A stretch of 51,088 nucleotides of DNA from a virus (taxonomy: Duplodnaviria; Caudoviricetes), in the IMG/VR virus record IMGVR_UViG_3300020045_016223, positions 1 to 51,088 of that record; one strand, 5' to 3'. Positions within the stretch are counted from its first letter, which is position 1; each line of letters begins with the position of its first letter. The translations under genes were made by a program, and so were the position numbers. Of the stretch, positions 1-8,299 are shown piece after piece. The notes under the pieces were generated by a model. It was given only the letters and a program-made list of their open reading frames with translations. It had not been told where the DNA came from and did not search any database.

Positions 1-142
1 ACTTGCTTTATAGATTCAGGAATTTTAATTGATAGGCTGTTAAAAAGAATAGATAAGCCAATAAGCCTATGAACTATATCAACATCACTCTTGTGTTCTA
101 CCATTTTTCTTCATTCACTCTCTGCCTCCATTATTGTCAAGA

Positions 143-364
143 TTACCATTCTTTTCTTTCTAGCAAGTCTTGAATGGCCTCAAGCTCAATAATTGCGCAT
201 CTTAAATGACCTTCTAAGTATTCAAAGTTTGTTTTTCTTCTACCCATGTCTGAAAATTGTGGGACGTTCCCAACTTCGCAATGTGCTAAGTCAATACAAT
301 GTTTTAAAGTTTCGTGATGCGCTTCTATTAGCTCCTCAACGCTCATAGACATCTCTTCAGTCAT
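143..364 (-). CDS. Hypothetical early protein
   Basis: 73-aa ORF overlapping its upstream neighbour in a tightly packed leftward operon. Confidence 0.6.
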   Translation of the reverse strand: MTEEMSMSVEELIEAHHETLKHCIDLAHCEVGNVPQFSDMGRRKTNFEYLEGHLRCAIIELEAIQDLLERKEW

Positions 365-551
365 CTTTCATTATACCAGCTATGTAGTTTATAGGGAGAA
401 ACACAAGTAGAAACATAAATATATCAATTAAACATGATGGTTCTCTTAATTCAGGCTTATCCCATGCTATAATATAGATGCCCTTGAAGAAAAACCAAGA
501 AACCATAGATAGCGGAATTACAAAAAATAAAAACTTAATCCAATTTATCAT
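357..551 (-). CDS. Small membrane protein (2 hydrophobic segments)
   Basis: 64 aa with two hydrophobic stretches; overlaps both neighbours. Confidence 0.6.
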   Translation of the reverse strand: MINWIKFLFFVIPLSMVSWFFFKGIYIIAWDKPELREPSCLIDIFMFLLVFLPINYIAGIMKDD

Positions 552-789
552 TTGTTATTTCTCGCATTTGAATGTTTTCGTCACAACAGAAGTCTATAAC
601 TTTCTTAAGCGATTTTCTATTGGCGTCTTTAAGTCTAACTTGATCATATTCTGATAAATTATCTAAAAACCAATCTTTTAATCCCTTATCCAGAGAAATA
701 TTAATTATTTTCGATAAATTATATAATTCCATGGTAGTTAGATGTTCAAAACAACTCATTATTTCCATACTTTTTTTATTTTCTGACAT
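535..789 (-). CDS. Hypothetical protein
   Basis: 84-aa ORF with AGGAGG RBS (reverse of cctcct 796-801). Confidence 0.7.
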   Translation of the reverse strand: MSENKKSMEIMSCFEHLTTMELYNLSKIINISLDKGLKDWFLDNLSEYDQVRLKDANRKSLKKVIDFCCDENIQMREITNDKLD

Positions 790-814
790 ATTGATCCTCC
801 TGTTCTTTAATTAT

Positions 815-900
815 ATAAGAGGACAATAAAGTCTTTTTCAGGCCAGAAAAGATCATTTAGCTTTAATGATACGTATGAAACCCTATTATTGTCCTCTTAT
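815..900. other. Intergenic multi-stem structure closed by a perfect 15-bp inverted repeat
   Basis: ATAAGAGGACAATAA (815-829) / TTATTGTCCTCTTAT (886-900), enclosing smaller hairpins at 832-852 and 852-870. Confidence 0.6.
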
Positions 901-932
901 CCATCCACTGGCGATCAACCCAGTTTCAAGTT

Positions 933-1529
933 CTAATATTTAATCACTACGTAACCGTAACCGTAACCGGAACCGTTACCGGAACCGTCACCGGAACCGT
1001 AACCGGAACCGTAACCGGAACCGTCACCGGAACCGGAACCGGAACCGGAACCATTACCGTAACCGGAACCGTCACCGGAACCGTAACCGGAACCGTCACC
1101 GGAACCGTAACCGTAACCGGAACCGTAACCGGAACCGTAACCGGAACCGGAACCGTCACCGGAACCGTCACCGGAACCGTTACCGGAACCGTCATCGGAA
1201 CCGTCATCGGAACCGTTACCGGAATATGACCATATTGGTACTTCCTTTATTGATTTTCTGGCCTCTTCACTACATTCTATAATTTCAATAGCATCTAGTA
1301 TTTTAATTAATTCAACCTCAACTGGGAATTTGCAATTTTCAGGCTTACTTACTCCATGTTTTGATATCTGAGATATAGAGGCAGCACCATCCCAACGCCA
1401 TAAACGACGTACATTTCTCATTGTTAATTGTCTACCATCTGCACCTTCTTGTTTTTCTAATGTTCCCACGAAAATACCTGATCTATCACCTCTAACTAAA
1501 ACATATTTACCTATCATAATTTTTCTCAT
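933..1529 (-). CDS. Phage protein (DUF6948-like N-domain) with long Gly-Ser/Tyr/Asp/Asn repeat tail
   Basis: YVLVRGDRSGIFVG...VRRLWRWDGAASISQI...EIIECSEEARKSI resembles a widespread phage family; C-terminal ~90 aa are G-X dipeptides. Confidence 0.75.
   Translation of the reverse strand: MRKIMIGKYVLVRGDRSGIFVGTLEKQEGADGRQLTMRNVRRLWRWDGAASISQISKHGVSKPENCKFPVEVELIKILDAIEIIECSEEARKSIKEVPIWSYSGNGSDDGSDDGSGNGSGDGSGDGSGSGYGSGYGSGYGYGSGDGSGYGSGDGSGYGNGSGSGSGSGDGSGYGSGYGSGDGSGNGSGYGYGYVVIKY
949..1224 (-). repeat. Coding hexamer tandem array (mostly GGT-TCC/TAC/GAC/AAC)
   Basis: Plus strand reads as continuous ggaacc/gtaacc/gtcacc/gttacc units. Confidence 0.95.
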
Positions 1530-1549
1530 CCTTATTAAAATAGAATATA

Positions 1550-1990
1550 TTATCTGATTTTCCTTAAATTTCTATCCACTGATGATAGCGTTAAAATAAG
1601 GTCTTTAATCTTTTCCTCACTAATTCCTTTTTCTTCAAGAAACTTTGCTTGGTTTTCAAAAATTTGCTCTAACTTTTCAGAAAACTCAAGTCCTTTTTTT
1701 GTTCTCTTGATTTGACTGGAACGTCTATCATATTTGTTTGGCTCTTGTACAAGATATCCGTTTTCAACGAGCTTTCGTAAATTGTATGATACATTCGAAC
1801 CAAGATAATAATCTTGAGCTGTTAATTCTCCAACAGTTAGTATTTTATCTCCTATATTGTAGATCACAACAGCTTGCACACTATTTATGTCTTTTATATT
1901 AAGTTTATTAATTTCAAGTTTTAGCACATCTAAGAACAAACGGTGGATATTTTCAAGCATAGTGATTGCATTATAATAATTGTCTTTCAT
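1550..1990 (-). CDS. ldtR: MarR-family winged-HTH regulator, LdtR-like
   Basis: HRLFLDVLK..DINSVQA..YNIG..LTVGEL..YYLGSNVSYNLRKLV..GY..DRRS matches the alphaproteobacterial LdtR signature as I recall it. Confidence 0.85.
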   Translation of the reverse strand: MKDNYYNAITMLENIHRLFLDVLKLEINKLNIKDINSVQAVVIYNIGDKILTVGELTAQDYYLGSNVSYNLRKLVENGYLVQEPNKYDRRSSQIKRTKKGLEFSEKLEQIFENQAKFLEEKGISEEKIKDLILTLSSVDRNLRKIR

Positions 1991-2015
1991 TTTATTTTCT
2001 CTCTGTATATGTTGT

Positions 2016-3005
2016 TTAATTAACTTTTAATTTTTCAAAAACTTCATTTGGTTCATTTGTTTCTAATCTTAATTTGTTATATTCATTATGGTAATCTTTT
2101 ACATTCATATCCTCCAATTTAGTTAAGTTGTAATCAGATAAAATTTTATTTAACCTCTCGGTCGTAAGAATCCTACTCATAAAAGCAGCCTGTTTCTCAT
2201 CTATCAGACTTGTGTCTTTCTTCGCTGCCTCTTCATTTTTTGTTTTTTCCTTGATAAGGATATTAATAGCTGCTGTATAGACATCTATTGACATATCCTC
2301 TATATTGCTCAATCTTTGTTGTTGTTGTTCAGAAGCCCACAACAATATTTTTCTTAATCTCTCAGGATCATCGTTTAAAAGTTCTTTAAGGTAATTGACC
2401 CTCTCTTTATCAATCTTAGGAGACTTATAAGAAGGTTTAGAGTAAACTTTTTCTGTATCATTTTTGGAAAGCATATTGTCATTGTCTTCTTGAGACATGC
2501 CTAATGTTCCAGAACGGGCATAGCGTCTAGCAAAACTAATAGCTCCTCCCGTAGATTGTCCCCAACTGCTTCCAGCCATTTTTTCAACCAATATCTCCAT
2601 AGAATCACTAATAAATTGTCCAGATTTATGTCCTATCCATGTAGTAATTGTTTGTTTTGGAACACTTATTTTATGTAATTTAATTACATCTTGTGGTGTT
2701 TTTAATTCATGATATTCATATAACTGACTGTTTTTGTTGTATACTTTTTCTGTTGTTTCAATTACCTGAATTTCTTTTACTTCTTTTGTTACTTCAACTA
2801 TTTCCATAGCACCTGGAATTTGCAATACACAAAGCCCATGTTCTGCCAATAATTCTTTAGATAATTCTATATATTGGTTTAAATCTGCATATTTATAATT
2901 ATTTTTGTATCCAGCCTTATCTTTTTTTGCAGTTTCAATTTTTCCTTGCAGTTGTGATAATGCACAGAAAAGGTCGCCTAATTCTTCTGATCTTTGAATT
3001 GTCAT
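2016..3005 (-). CDS. erf: ERF-family ssDNA-annealing recombinase
   Basis: ALSQLQG..KKD...YKYADL and QSTGGAISFARRY motifs; HKSGQFI resembles the ERF HxSGE/Q motif. Confidence 0.85.
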   Translation of the reverse strand: MTIQRSEELGDLFCALSQLQGKIETAKKDKAGYKNNYKYADLNQYIELSKELLAEHGLCVLQIPGAMEIVEVTKEVKEIQVIETTEKVYNKNSQLYEYHELKTPQDVIKLHKISVPKQTITTWIGHKSGQFISDSMEILVEKMAGSSWGQSTGGAISFARRYARSGTLGMSQEDNDNMLSKNDTEKVYSKPSYKSPKIDKERVNYLKELLNDDPERLRKILLWASEQQQQRLSNIEDMSIDVYTAAINILIKEKTKNEEAAKKDTSLIDEKQAAFMSRILTTERLNKILSDYNLTKLEDMNVKDYHNEYNKLRLETNEPNEVFEKLKVN

Positions 3006-3532
3006 TAAACCCTCCTGTATGGTTTATATCCGTTCATTTCATTGTACCTTCCTTCATTATACAATTCTTGTTGGTCTTGCCTGACAATTTCCTGAAAGGC
3101 TTGAACGCCAGAAAATGATTTCATTTTTTCAAATTTGTCATTAGAATCTTCTTTTTCCTTTAGTTTCTCATTAAGGTAAGAACTGTCAATTGAGTGCCAT
3201 CCTTTTAATGTAGGCCCATATTCAGGCTGTATATCTAAAGGACGCCACATTTGGACAACAACAGTCTCTTTTCTATCGTTAACAATGGAATATGCTCCCC
3301 ATAGGCTAAACGGAACCCATCCACCTATTTCGCTATCCCACATACGCTTTTTGTAAAGAGGCTCTTCTCCTGATATTACCTGTAATTCAGTCTCTTCTTC
3401 ATTTTTTGCAATAGCCTTCATTAAATTTCGGTTTATTCCTTCTATATTTCCACCCTTTATCTCTTGCCACATCTTTGCAAGGTCTCTTTCAGCAAAACTC
3501 TCGTACATCAAATTTGTTTGCTTATCTACCAT
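3005..3532 (-). CDS. Hypothetical protein
   Basis: 175 aa, AAGGAG RBS, stop overlaps the erf start (TAATG). Confidence 0.75.
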   Translation of the reverse strand: MVDKQTNLMYESFAERDLAKMWQEIKGGNIEGINRNLMKAIAKNEEETELQVISGEEPLYKKRMWDSEIGGWVPFSLWGAYSIVNDRKETVVVQMWRPLDIQPEYGPTLKGWHSIDSSYLNEKLKEKEDSNDKFEKMKSFSGVQAFQEIVRQDQQELYNEGRYNEMNGYKPYRRV

Positions 3533-3578
3533 TTAACATCTCCTTTTAAATTAATTAACAACAAAATTGTTTTGTTTT

Positions 3579-3872
3579 TTATATAACCTGACAAAGTTCA
3601 TAACCTCCGTCAACCATTATATGCTTCCTAAAACAATGAGCCCCATTCTCTGATTGCAAATAATAAAAAGTTCTTTCAGGAGTTTTGATCATGATAAAAG
3701 GCATATACACATTAGGCATTACATGTATTTCAACATTTGTTTCAAAACAATGATCTATAAGCTTCTTTATAGCTTCTGACTTATGTTTAGAAACAACACT
3801 CTCTTTCTCTCCATCTGGTTTGACACTAAACCCCCATAAGAATTTATTTTGTCCTGAAAAATAACTGTTCAT
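3579..3872 (-). CDS. Hypothetical protein, first gene of the leftward operon
   Basis: 97 aa, AAGGAG RBS. Confidence 0.7.
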   Translation of the reverse strand: MNSYFSGQNKFLWGFSVKPDGEKESVVSKHKSEAIKKLIDHCFETNVEIHVMPNVYMPFIMIKTPERTFYYLQSENGAHCFRKHIMVDGGYELCQVI

Positions 3873-4069
3873 ATTAATCTCCTTACATTTGTTATGTTTT
3901 TTTCCATCATTTGCTTACAAAATTATATAAACATACCTTAATTGATCTTGTCAACCAAAATTTATCATTTTCATCATTTTTTACCACAACACATCAAATT
4001 TATTGACAAATGACTGAAAAACTGCCAATTTCTCTATAAATAATAAAAATTAGAAGTGAAAAATTAAAA
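3873..4069. promoter_or_regulatory. Divergent early control region
   Basis: TTGACA on the minus strand (3949-3954) and on the plus strand (4003-4008) between divergent operons; ATCATTT repeated at 3905, 3964, 3973. Confidence 0.55.
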
Positions 4070-4297
4070 ATGGAAAATAAAGAAAAAAAATTTCTTACAA
4101 TTATGGAAGCTGCTGATTTAATGGGGATTAATAGGGGTACACTTCGAACATGGATAAAAAAAGATCAAAACATAAAAAAAAACAATCTTCCAATACCCAC
4201 AGATTTTATATGTCCTCCTTATGGATTTATGGGAAATAGAACTCGATTCTTACGAGAAGATATTGAGAAGTTTATCAAAGACACAATGAAACATTAA
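4070..4297 (+). CDS. Excisionase/Cro-like HTH DNA-binding protein
   Basis: FLTIMEAADLMGINRGTLRTWIK...TRFLREDIEKFI (MerR/Xis-type HTH). Confidence 0.8.
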   Translation: MENKEKKFLTIMEAADLMGINRGTLRTWIKKDQNIKKNNLPIPTDFICPPYGFMGNRTRFLREDIEKFIKDTMKH

Positions 4298-4476
4298 TGA
4301 AAGATAAAAAGATGGATTGGACACAGACACTTACATTTATAGGAACAACTATAGCAAGCGTCTTCGGATTTTTCTTGATAATTAGAGATGATATTAAGAA
4401 GATGGATGAAAAATGGGAAAGGCTATTTAGCCTATTTGTACAGGACAAGATAGACGCCTCAAAGAAATGGAAATAA
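4297..4476 (+). CDS. Small single-pass membrane protein, paralogue 1 (59 aa, not in ORF track)
   Basis: MKDKKMDWTQTLTFIGTTIASVFGFFLIIRDDIKKMDEKWERLF...; TAATG coupling to the HTH gene. Confidence 0.7.
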   Translation: MKDKKMDWTQTLTFIGTTIASVFGFFLIIRDDIKKMDEKWERLFSLFVQDKIDASKKWK

Positions 4477-4478
4477 AG

Positions 4479-4679
4479 ATGGAATGGATGCAAGTATATA
4501 CGATTATCGGAACTACATTAGGTGGCACATTAGCTTCTTTACTATTCTTTTATGTGATAACAGCTAAACGTATGGATCGTATGGAAACGTTTCATCGTGA
4601 AGATATGAAAATTATTATGGATAGCACATGGGAAATACTTGAAAAGATATTGCTGAAAGAACAAGGTAAGGAAGGATAG
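4479..4679 (+). CDS. Small single-pass membrane protein, paralogue 2
   Basis: MEWMQVYTIIGTTL..TM..MDSTWE; start placed by similarity to paralogue 1. Confidence 0.7.
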   Translation: MEWMQVYTIIGTTLGGTLASLLFFYVITAKRMDRMETFHREDMKIIMDSTWEILEKILLKEQGKEG

Positions 4680-4683
4680 ATAG

Positions 4684-4971
4684 ATGGAGCTAGAATGGTT
4701 TCAGTTTTTATTAATTATAGTGACAATTTTAGGATGCACTTGTGCTGTTAATATAAGCACTACGGAAAAAATTAATCATTCGCTATGGTTTTATCATGAA
4801 AATATGAAATCTAATGGAACATTTATGATAGATCGTTATCGTAAAGATGCTATAGAGTACAAAGAATATATGAACCAACTGAATGACAAATGGAACATAT
4901 TGCTCGAAAACAATGAGGAATTGAGAACATTGTTCGAAGATATAGTGAAAAAAGAACAAAGCCAAAAATAG
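4684..4971 (+). CDS. Small single-pass membrane protein, paralogue 3
   Basis: MELEWFQFLLIIVTILG..TM..LNDKWN, coiled-coil-like tail. Confidence 0.7.
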   Translation: MELEWFQFLLIIVTILGCTCAVNISTTEKINHSLWFYHENMKSNGTFMIDRYRKDAIEYKEYMNQLNDKWNILLENNEELRTLFEDIVKKEQSQK

Positions 4972-5011
4972 CCATGTCAAAATCACATTGACTGCATGTT
5001 AAAAAGACATG

Positions 5012-5049
5012 AAAAACCCCTTCCTTTTTTACCGAGAAGGGGTTTTTTT
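5012..5049. terminator. Intrinsic terminator, probably bidirectional
   Basis: AAAAACCCCTTC / GAAGGGGTTTTT stem with A-run and T-run flanks. Confidence 0.75.
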
Positions 5050-5297
5050 AACATCACGCTGACTAAGAGAGTTATAATGAGATTTTATGAGATGCGGGTG
5101 ACAGAAGGACAAAGATAAAAATGTATACTGCCACCCTAACAAATGCAAGAAGATGATTTTCAACTTCTTCTGCATCATCTTTATAAAATCTTTGGAATTT
5201 TCTGTCAACAAAATAAATCTCTTGACTTGAGACAATGCGCCTATCAATATCATCACAAACTATCAGGGGAAACAAATATTTAGAAATTGTTCTAGAT

Positions 5298-5327
5298 AAA
5301 AAAATGCCCCCGATGAAGGGGGCATTT
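5298..5327 (-). terminator. Intrinsic terminator, minus strand
   Basis: AAATGCCCCC/GGGGGCATTT stem; A-run 5298-5304 gives a U-tail on the minus strand. Confidence 0.75.
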
Positions 5328-5413
5328 CTGAGAACAATATGAAAAAAAACAAGAATGCGTTACTTGTCACATCTTAAAAAACAGGTAACTAATTCACCTA
5401 CCATGGAGAATGT
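5298..5413 (-). ncRNA. Candidate ~115-nt antisense RNA upstream of the initiator gene
   Basis: Minus-strand TTGCAT(5448-5443)-17 bp-TATATT(5425-5420) promoter followed by a GC-rich terminator hairpin (5302-5327) with U7 tail. Confidence 0.5.
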
Positions 5414-5506
5414 ATTCAAAATATATCTCCCAAAAATAATAAATGCAAGTGTTTTTTTTCATGAATGTTCTTAGAAAGCTTTTTAACTTTTTAAGAGTAA
5501 TGTTTT

Positions 5507-7348
5507 ATGGAAAAATTGAATTCAATTAATAGTAAAAATTTAGACAATAAATCATCAAGAAGCTGGGATGTCCATGTTGCTGAAATAACAGGGAATCTTA
5601 ATGCCGCCCTCCTCTATGGACAAATAGCCCATCATCACAAAAACATGGGTGACTTTTCTAAATCCAATGAAGAATTAGCCCAAGAATTAAATTTTTCCCT
5701 CAGAACTTTTAGAAGAACCAAGAACTTATTGATTAATAATGGATTTATTTCTATACGTAATGGGAATAAAAACAAGACCATTTACTCAATTGTAAAAAAA
5801 CTTGACTACTGTCAAGAATCCTATAGAAGATATGATATAAACTATTGTTTGATCAATAAGGATATAAACGCAGGGATTTTATTATCTCAGTTGATTTATT
5901 GTCATGAACATTTCTTTCAGAAAGGTCATATTGAATTCTTCAAGACCAATGAATGCCTTATGGAAGAATTATTTTTATCTATCAAAGAGCTTAAGAATGC
6001 AAAAAAGAAACTCATCAAAAATGGTTTCATCATGACAGGCATAGGGCAATACGGCCGTACTTATTACAAGATCAACATGGAGAAAATAAACAAGGCAGTC
6101 AGAGTTATTTCAGTTGGTGCAAAACCAGCCGCGCAGGTGTTGCAAAAGGGACTACGCAACATGGCCAAAACCAGCCGCGCAACATGGCCAAAAGGGACTG
6201 CGCAACATGGCCAAAAGGGACTGCGCAACATGGCCAAAAGGGACCACATAATAAATAAGGAATATATAACTAATATCTATCTAGGTAACGAGCTTACAAA
6301 AACAACTGATACCGATTGTGAGTCAGGCTTAGATAGACAGATAAAAGAAAAAGAATTTATGAATGAACAGCCAACGAAAGGGCAATGCCATCCTGAAAAG
6401 CCTAAGAGGCTCATAGAGGAGCCTTCGAGGGAGTTGGCGGCACATTCGGTACCTAAAGTCAAAAAACAATCTGTGGGGCTTCCTAATGCGCGCACAGAGG
6501 GTAAACAACTAGAAACAAAAGGAGATAAAAAAATGGAACCGTTAATTATGGAAGACAAGGAAGAAGTCATAAAAATGATCGAGATATGGAATGAAACCAT
6601 TAAGAAGGATAAGGTTAATGCTTTATCGCTGAAACCAGAATTTAAAGAAAATATGATGGAAACCTTCGAAAGTAAGTTTGATAACTCATTTGATACATGG
6701 AAAGAATATTGTAAACATATCTCGTTAGATGAATTTTTCATGGGTAAAAAGGCAGGTAACAACGGATTTTTCGCTATAAACCTAACGTGGGCTTTAAAGG
6801 ATGAATCCATCAACACGATCCTCCTAAGGATAATGGATAGCAAACAATCAAATACTATGCCGACAGATATAACCCCCTCCAAAGATTTTCTTATTAATGA
6901 GGCTTTGTCATCATCGGAAGATGAATGGTTGAAGAGATTAAAGGTAGTCTTGATAGATTATTTTTATAATGCACGCAAACATGATGGGATGAAATCTTAT
7001 CAATCATACCTCAGAGGTGCTAAATTTGAAGTGTCCGTAATTAACGGACATTTCGAAGGCGGTAAGAAAAATTTAACCATCAAAACATCTTTTAATGCTT
7101 TTAACGGTTTGCTTCCTTATCATTCATTGATGGCAAAAGCATTTCAAGACTTTGAGAAAGTTACGATCTTCGGAGGAGAATCCGATCGTTTAGGCAATTC
7201 TTTGTACATGGAAAGAAAATCAACGAATGTCCGAGAGCCCCTACATATTTGGGATAGTCTATGTATCGAGCATGGCATCCAAACGATTGTTGCTATAGGA
7301 CAAAAAACAATAGAGGATTCTTGTAAATTTGCCATGGGGATAAGGTGA
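5507..7348 (+). CDS. Replication initiator (lambda O-like) with two tandem N-terminal winged-HTH domains
   Basis: Duplicated 'NAA/GLL..QI/L....F.K[ST]NE.L..EL..S.......L.[NK]GFI' domains; internal iterons; replication-protein-like 'NLTWALK' region. Confidence 0.75.
   Translation: MEKLNSINSKNLDNKSSRSWDVHVAEITGNLNAALLYGQIAHHHKNMGDFSKSNEELAQELNFSLRTFRRTKNLLINNGFISIRNGNKNKTIYSIVKKLDYCQESYRRYDINYCLINKDINAGILLSQLIYCHEHFFQKGHIEFFKTNECLMEELFLSIKELKNAKKKLIKNGFIMTGIGQYGRTYYKINMEKINKAVRVISVGAKPAAQVLQKGLRNMAKTSRATWPKGTAQHGQKGLRNMAKRDHIINKEYITNIYLGNELTKTTDTDCESGLDRQIKEKEFMNEQPTKGQCHPEKPKRLIEEPSRELAAHSVPKVKKQSVGLPNARTEGKQLETKGDKKMEPLIMEDKEEVIKMIEIWNETIKKDKVNALSLKPEFKENMMETFESKFDNSFDTWKEYCKHISLDEFFMGKKAGNNGFFAINLTWALKDESINTILLRIMDSKQSNTMPTDITPSKDFLINEALSSSEDEWLKRLKVVLIDYFYNARKHDGMKSYQSYLRGAKFEVSVINGHFEGGKKNLTIKTSFNAFNGLLPYHSLMAKAFQDFEKVTIFGGESDRLGNSLYMERKSTNVREPLHIWDSLCIEHGIQTIVAIGQKTIEDSCKFAMGIR
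6118..6285 (+). promoter_or_regulatory. Probable replication origin: ~5.5 x 23-bp iterons plus AT-rich tract
   Basis: AACATGGCCAAAA starts at 6158, 6181, 6204, 6227 (period 23; consensus GCGCAACATGGCCAAAAGGGACT), degenerate copy upstream, AT-rich tract 6248-6285. Confidence 0.85.
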
Positions 7349-7357
7349 AGGAAATAA

Positions 7358-7395
7358 AAGCCCCTTTCCTGACTGAATAACAAAGAAAGGGGCTT
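7358..7395. terminator. Hairpin between convergent rep and RNA ligase genes
   Basis: AAGCCCCTTTC / GAAAGGGGCTT. Confidence 0.65.
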
Positions 7396-7507
7396 GAAGT
7401 GGTGCTTAAGTTTTTTAATCTTAAGTTCCACGGGGTACCATATACAGAGAGCTATGGTAGCGACAAATTAGCACACCTATCGTATCCCTACAAGAGATTA
7501 ATCATAA

Positions 7508-8179
7508 TTAATCTTTGGTTTTCACTTCAATATCCATTATTTTTCCTTTTTCAAAATCTTCTGTCTTTATTTTACATATCACACGTCTGTGAAGTGAATC
7601 AAAAAGAGGAATTGCGGTCTTTCCTATCATCCCTTCGGCTTTAATTGATCCATCCCCAAGAATTGACCTAAATCCATTTTTTGTAACGTGACAAGCTTCA
7701 TTTAAATTGCTAATAGGTAATATAGGAACCACATCAAATCCTAAATTTTTGCAAATTTCTTCTAAGTCAGAACGTTTTAACCAAAATTTACCTGAAACCA
7801 AAATATCAAAGACAATAAACTTTTCTGTGTCACTATACTTTCCACCACGTAACTTATCTTTTTCTCCTGCTTGAATTTTCCCGCCATATCCCTCACCAAA
7901 GATAACGACATCTTTATCTCCAAATATTTCTTGAAGCTTTTCCATTGAAATAATATCAAAAATATAATGTTCAATAGCTTTTGGAACTTCAGCATTTTCA
8001 GTACGGCCGCCAAGTTCAAGGCAATTTCCTTTCAAGATTCTAATATTGGTGCCATCAATTTTTTCTGTAAATTCCCACTCTCTTATTATTGAATAAATTT
8101 GGTTTTTATATCTATTTGTATTGACTTTGAATGTCTTTTCATCACGATTAAATACAGTCTCAATTTTTGGGTATAACAT
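7508..8179 (-). CDS. ATP-dependent RNA ligase (Rnl2-like adenylyltransferase domain)
   Basis: YPKI; motif I TEKIDGTN; FGEGYG; FIVFDI; AEGMI; KIK. Start placed at MLYPKI behind a GAGG RBS. Confidence 0.85.
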   Translation of the reverse strand: MLYPKIETVFNRDEKTFKVNTNRYKNQIYSIIREWEFTEKIDGTNIRILKGNCLELGGRTENAEVPKAIEHYIFDIISMEKLQEIFGDKDVVIFGEGYGGKIQAGEKDKLRGGKYSDTEKFIVFDILVSGKFWLKRSDLEEICKNLGFDVVPILPISNLNEACHVTKNGFRSILGDGSIKAEGMIGKTAIPLFDSLHRRVICKIKTEDFEKGKIMDIEVKTKD

Positions 8180-8299
8180 TTTAATCCTCATCGCTTTGTT
8201 TTTATATAACCAATCTTTTATATCTTTAGGAAGTCTATCATATTGTATGTATCCTCAGTCATTACAGATTGTTTTTTGATGTTAGGTACCGGATATACT

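Noticed and set aside
815-900. tRNA gene
   Set aside because: No T-loop (GTTCRA), D-loop GG or 7-bp acceptor geometry on either strand.
947-1207. 86-aa VTVP-repeat ORF
   Set aside because: Alternative frame of the hexamer array, with no independent RBS.
5029-5283. Short ORFs between the two terminators (two minus-strand, one 46-aa plus-strand at 5143-5283)
   Set aside because: No convincing RBS or motif, so I could not choose among them.
6118-6244. CRISPR array
   Set aside because: The 23-bp units are contiguous with no unique spacers and lie inside a rep gene; they fit iterons.
6277-6882. 201-aa antisense ORF and the many other shadow ORFs inside long genes
   Set aside because: They lie opposite or within well-supported genes and lack RBS and motifs.
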